Below are positions 63,203 through 64,000 of a stretch of 64,000 nucleotides of DNA, piece after piece. The stretch lies in NCBI GenBank assembly GCA_016928075.1, contig JAFGLJ010000003.1, forward strand, positions 4,581-68,580. Reading direction: 5' to 3'. The stretch comes from Bacteroidales bacterium. GTDB taxonomy: Bacteria; Bacteroidota; Bacteroidia; Bacteroidales; VadinHA17. The notes beneath the pieces were generated by a model. The model made no database searches, was not told where the DNA came from, and saw nothing but the letters and a program-made list of their open reading frames with translations. Made by a program: the position numbers and the translations under genes. Position 1 is the first letter of the stretch; each line of letters opens with the position of its first letter.

Positions 63203-64000
63203 ATGAAGCAGAAAATACCTTATTTAATTATTTTCCCGCTTGCGGTATTCTTTTTTTCCTGTCAGTCCGAACCTCAAATACTCTGGCAAATCGGGGAGGG
63301 AGATAATAGCGCTGCCGAATTTGCCCTGTCATATGATACATACGAACAGTTCCTCGATAAGGATTTCGGATGGGAAGATGGATATTATCTTATCGGTCAT
63401 TCCAATGAAAAGGAGGACTGGCCCTTTATTTTGCCCGGCCCTTCCGATCAGTGGGGTGGCACATGGGGACCAGCAGGCTGGCGTTCCCATACACTGACCA
63501 TTCTTTTCAGGATGCAGAAGGTGCCACGTTCCGGAACATGGACTTTAATTATTGATCTTGTTAATAATCACCGGGATGATCCGCCGGTCTTTAAAACCAT
63601 AGTCAACGGGAAATCATGGAAGTTCAGGCTTCCGGAAGGGGAAAGCAATGATATAACAGGAAATTCTATCTCCGGTACTTCGGAATATTTGATCGAGATA
63701 CCTCTCTCCCCGGGATTAATACGTGAGGGTGGTAATGAGATAAGGCTTACTACCCTGCAGGGCTCCTGGCTAATTTTTGATCAGATAAGAATGGCCGGTC
63801 CGGGAAATGCTGAATTAAAGCCCCGGGCAGAGCTGTTTGTAAGAAAAGTTGAAGCCTCGGATTACGGGATAGAAGATATTAACGGCCCGGCACAGGCCTT
63901 GCTGGTGGATGTTCAACACCTGGAAGGAAAGCCGGAGCTGCAGGTAGTCCTGGATGGGGAAACAATATTCACGGAATCACCTGAAACCGGCCGGTATATC
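63203..64000 (+). CDS. Lipoprotein of unknown function, N-terminal part (3' end lies outside the window)
   Basis: Absent from the supplied ORF track because it has no stop. My own translation of frame 2 from ATG 63203 is open to nt 64000: MKQKIPYLIIFPLAVFFFSCQSEPQILWQIGEGDNSAAEFAL... with a lipobox Cys at residue 20. Confidence 0.6.
   Translation, partial: MKQKIPYLIIFPLAVFFFSCQSEPQILWQIGEGDNSAAEFALSYDTYEQFLDKDFGWEDGYYLIGHSNEKEDWPFILPGPSDQWGGTWGPAGWRSHTLTILFRMQKVPRSGTWTLIIDLVNNHRDDPPVFKTIVNGKSWKFRLPEGESNDITGNSISGTSEYLIEIPLSPGLIREGGNEIRLTTLQGSWLIFDQIRMAGPGNAELKPRAELFVRKVEASDYGIEDINGPAQALLVDVQHLEGKPELQVVLDGETIFTESPETGRYI

Overview
This is a 64-kb chromosomal segment with Bacteroidota-type gene content, an assignment I infer from gene families and gene order only. 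It holds a partial nqrA followed by nqrBCDEF-apbE, and about 57 protein-coding genes in total.

- **Housekeeping and stress:** holA, a short AMP nucleosidase, YqgE/AlgH, a fused 2-oxoacid dehydrogenase E1, NhaC, Fur plus catalase, and HdeD.
- **Glycan, amino-sugar and peptide turnover:** DUF2961/GH172, a long NagB, GH20, GH127, two sortilin/BNR proteins, an M14 peptidase and a dipeptide epimerase.
- **Transport:** two FadL-like outer-membrane proteins, a FecBCD-type ABC importer and an FNT channel.

I recognised no rRNA, tRNA, CRISPR array, transposase, integrase or phage gene.

The unusual content is non-coding. From about nt 14,900 to 61,800, most intergenic spacers are built from a small vocabulary of recurring modules:

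- tandem 6-, 7-, 8-, 9-, 11- and 14-mers;
- conserved GC hairpins;
- a 52-nt hairpin module;
- direct repeats of about 33 nt flanking a hairpin.

These modules are assembled in a conserved order and mostly in a single orientation. They abut or overlap stop codons and encode the last residues of several proteins. They also form the entire 5' region of two amino-sugar genes, and one 785-bp gene-free spacer is composed largely of them. C-rich CTGCYCC arrays occur at 7 loci, always C-rich on the + strand, and have strong G-quadruplex/i-motif potential.

All functional calls rest on motif and family recognition by eye. No database search was run.
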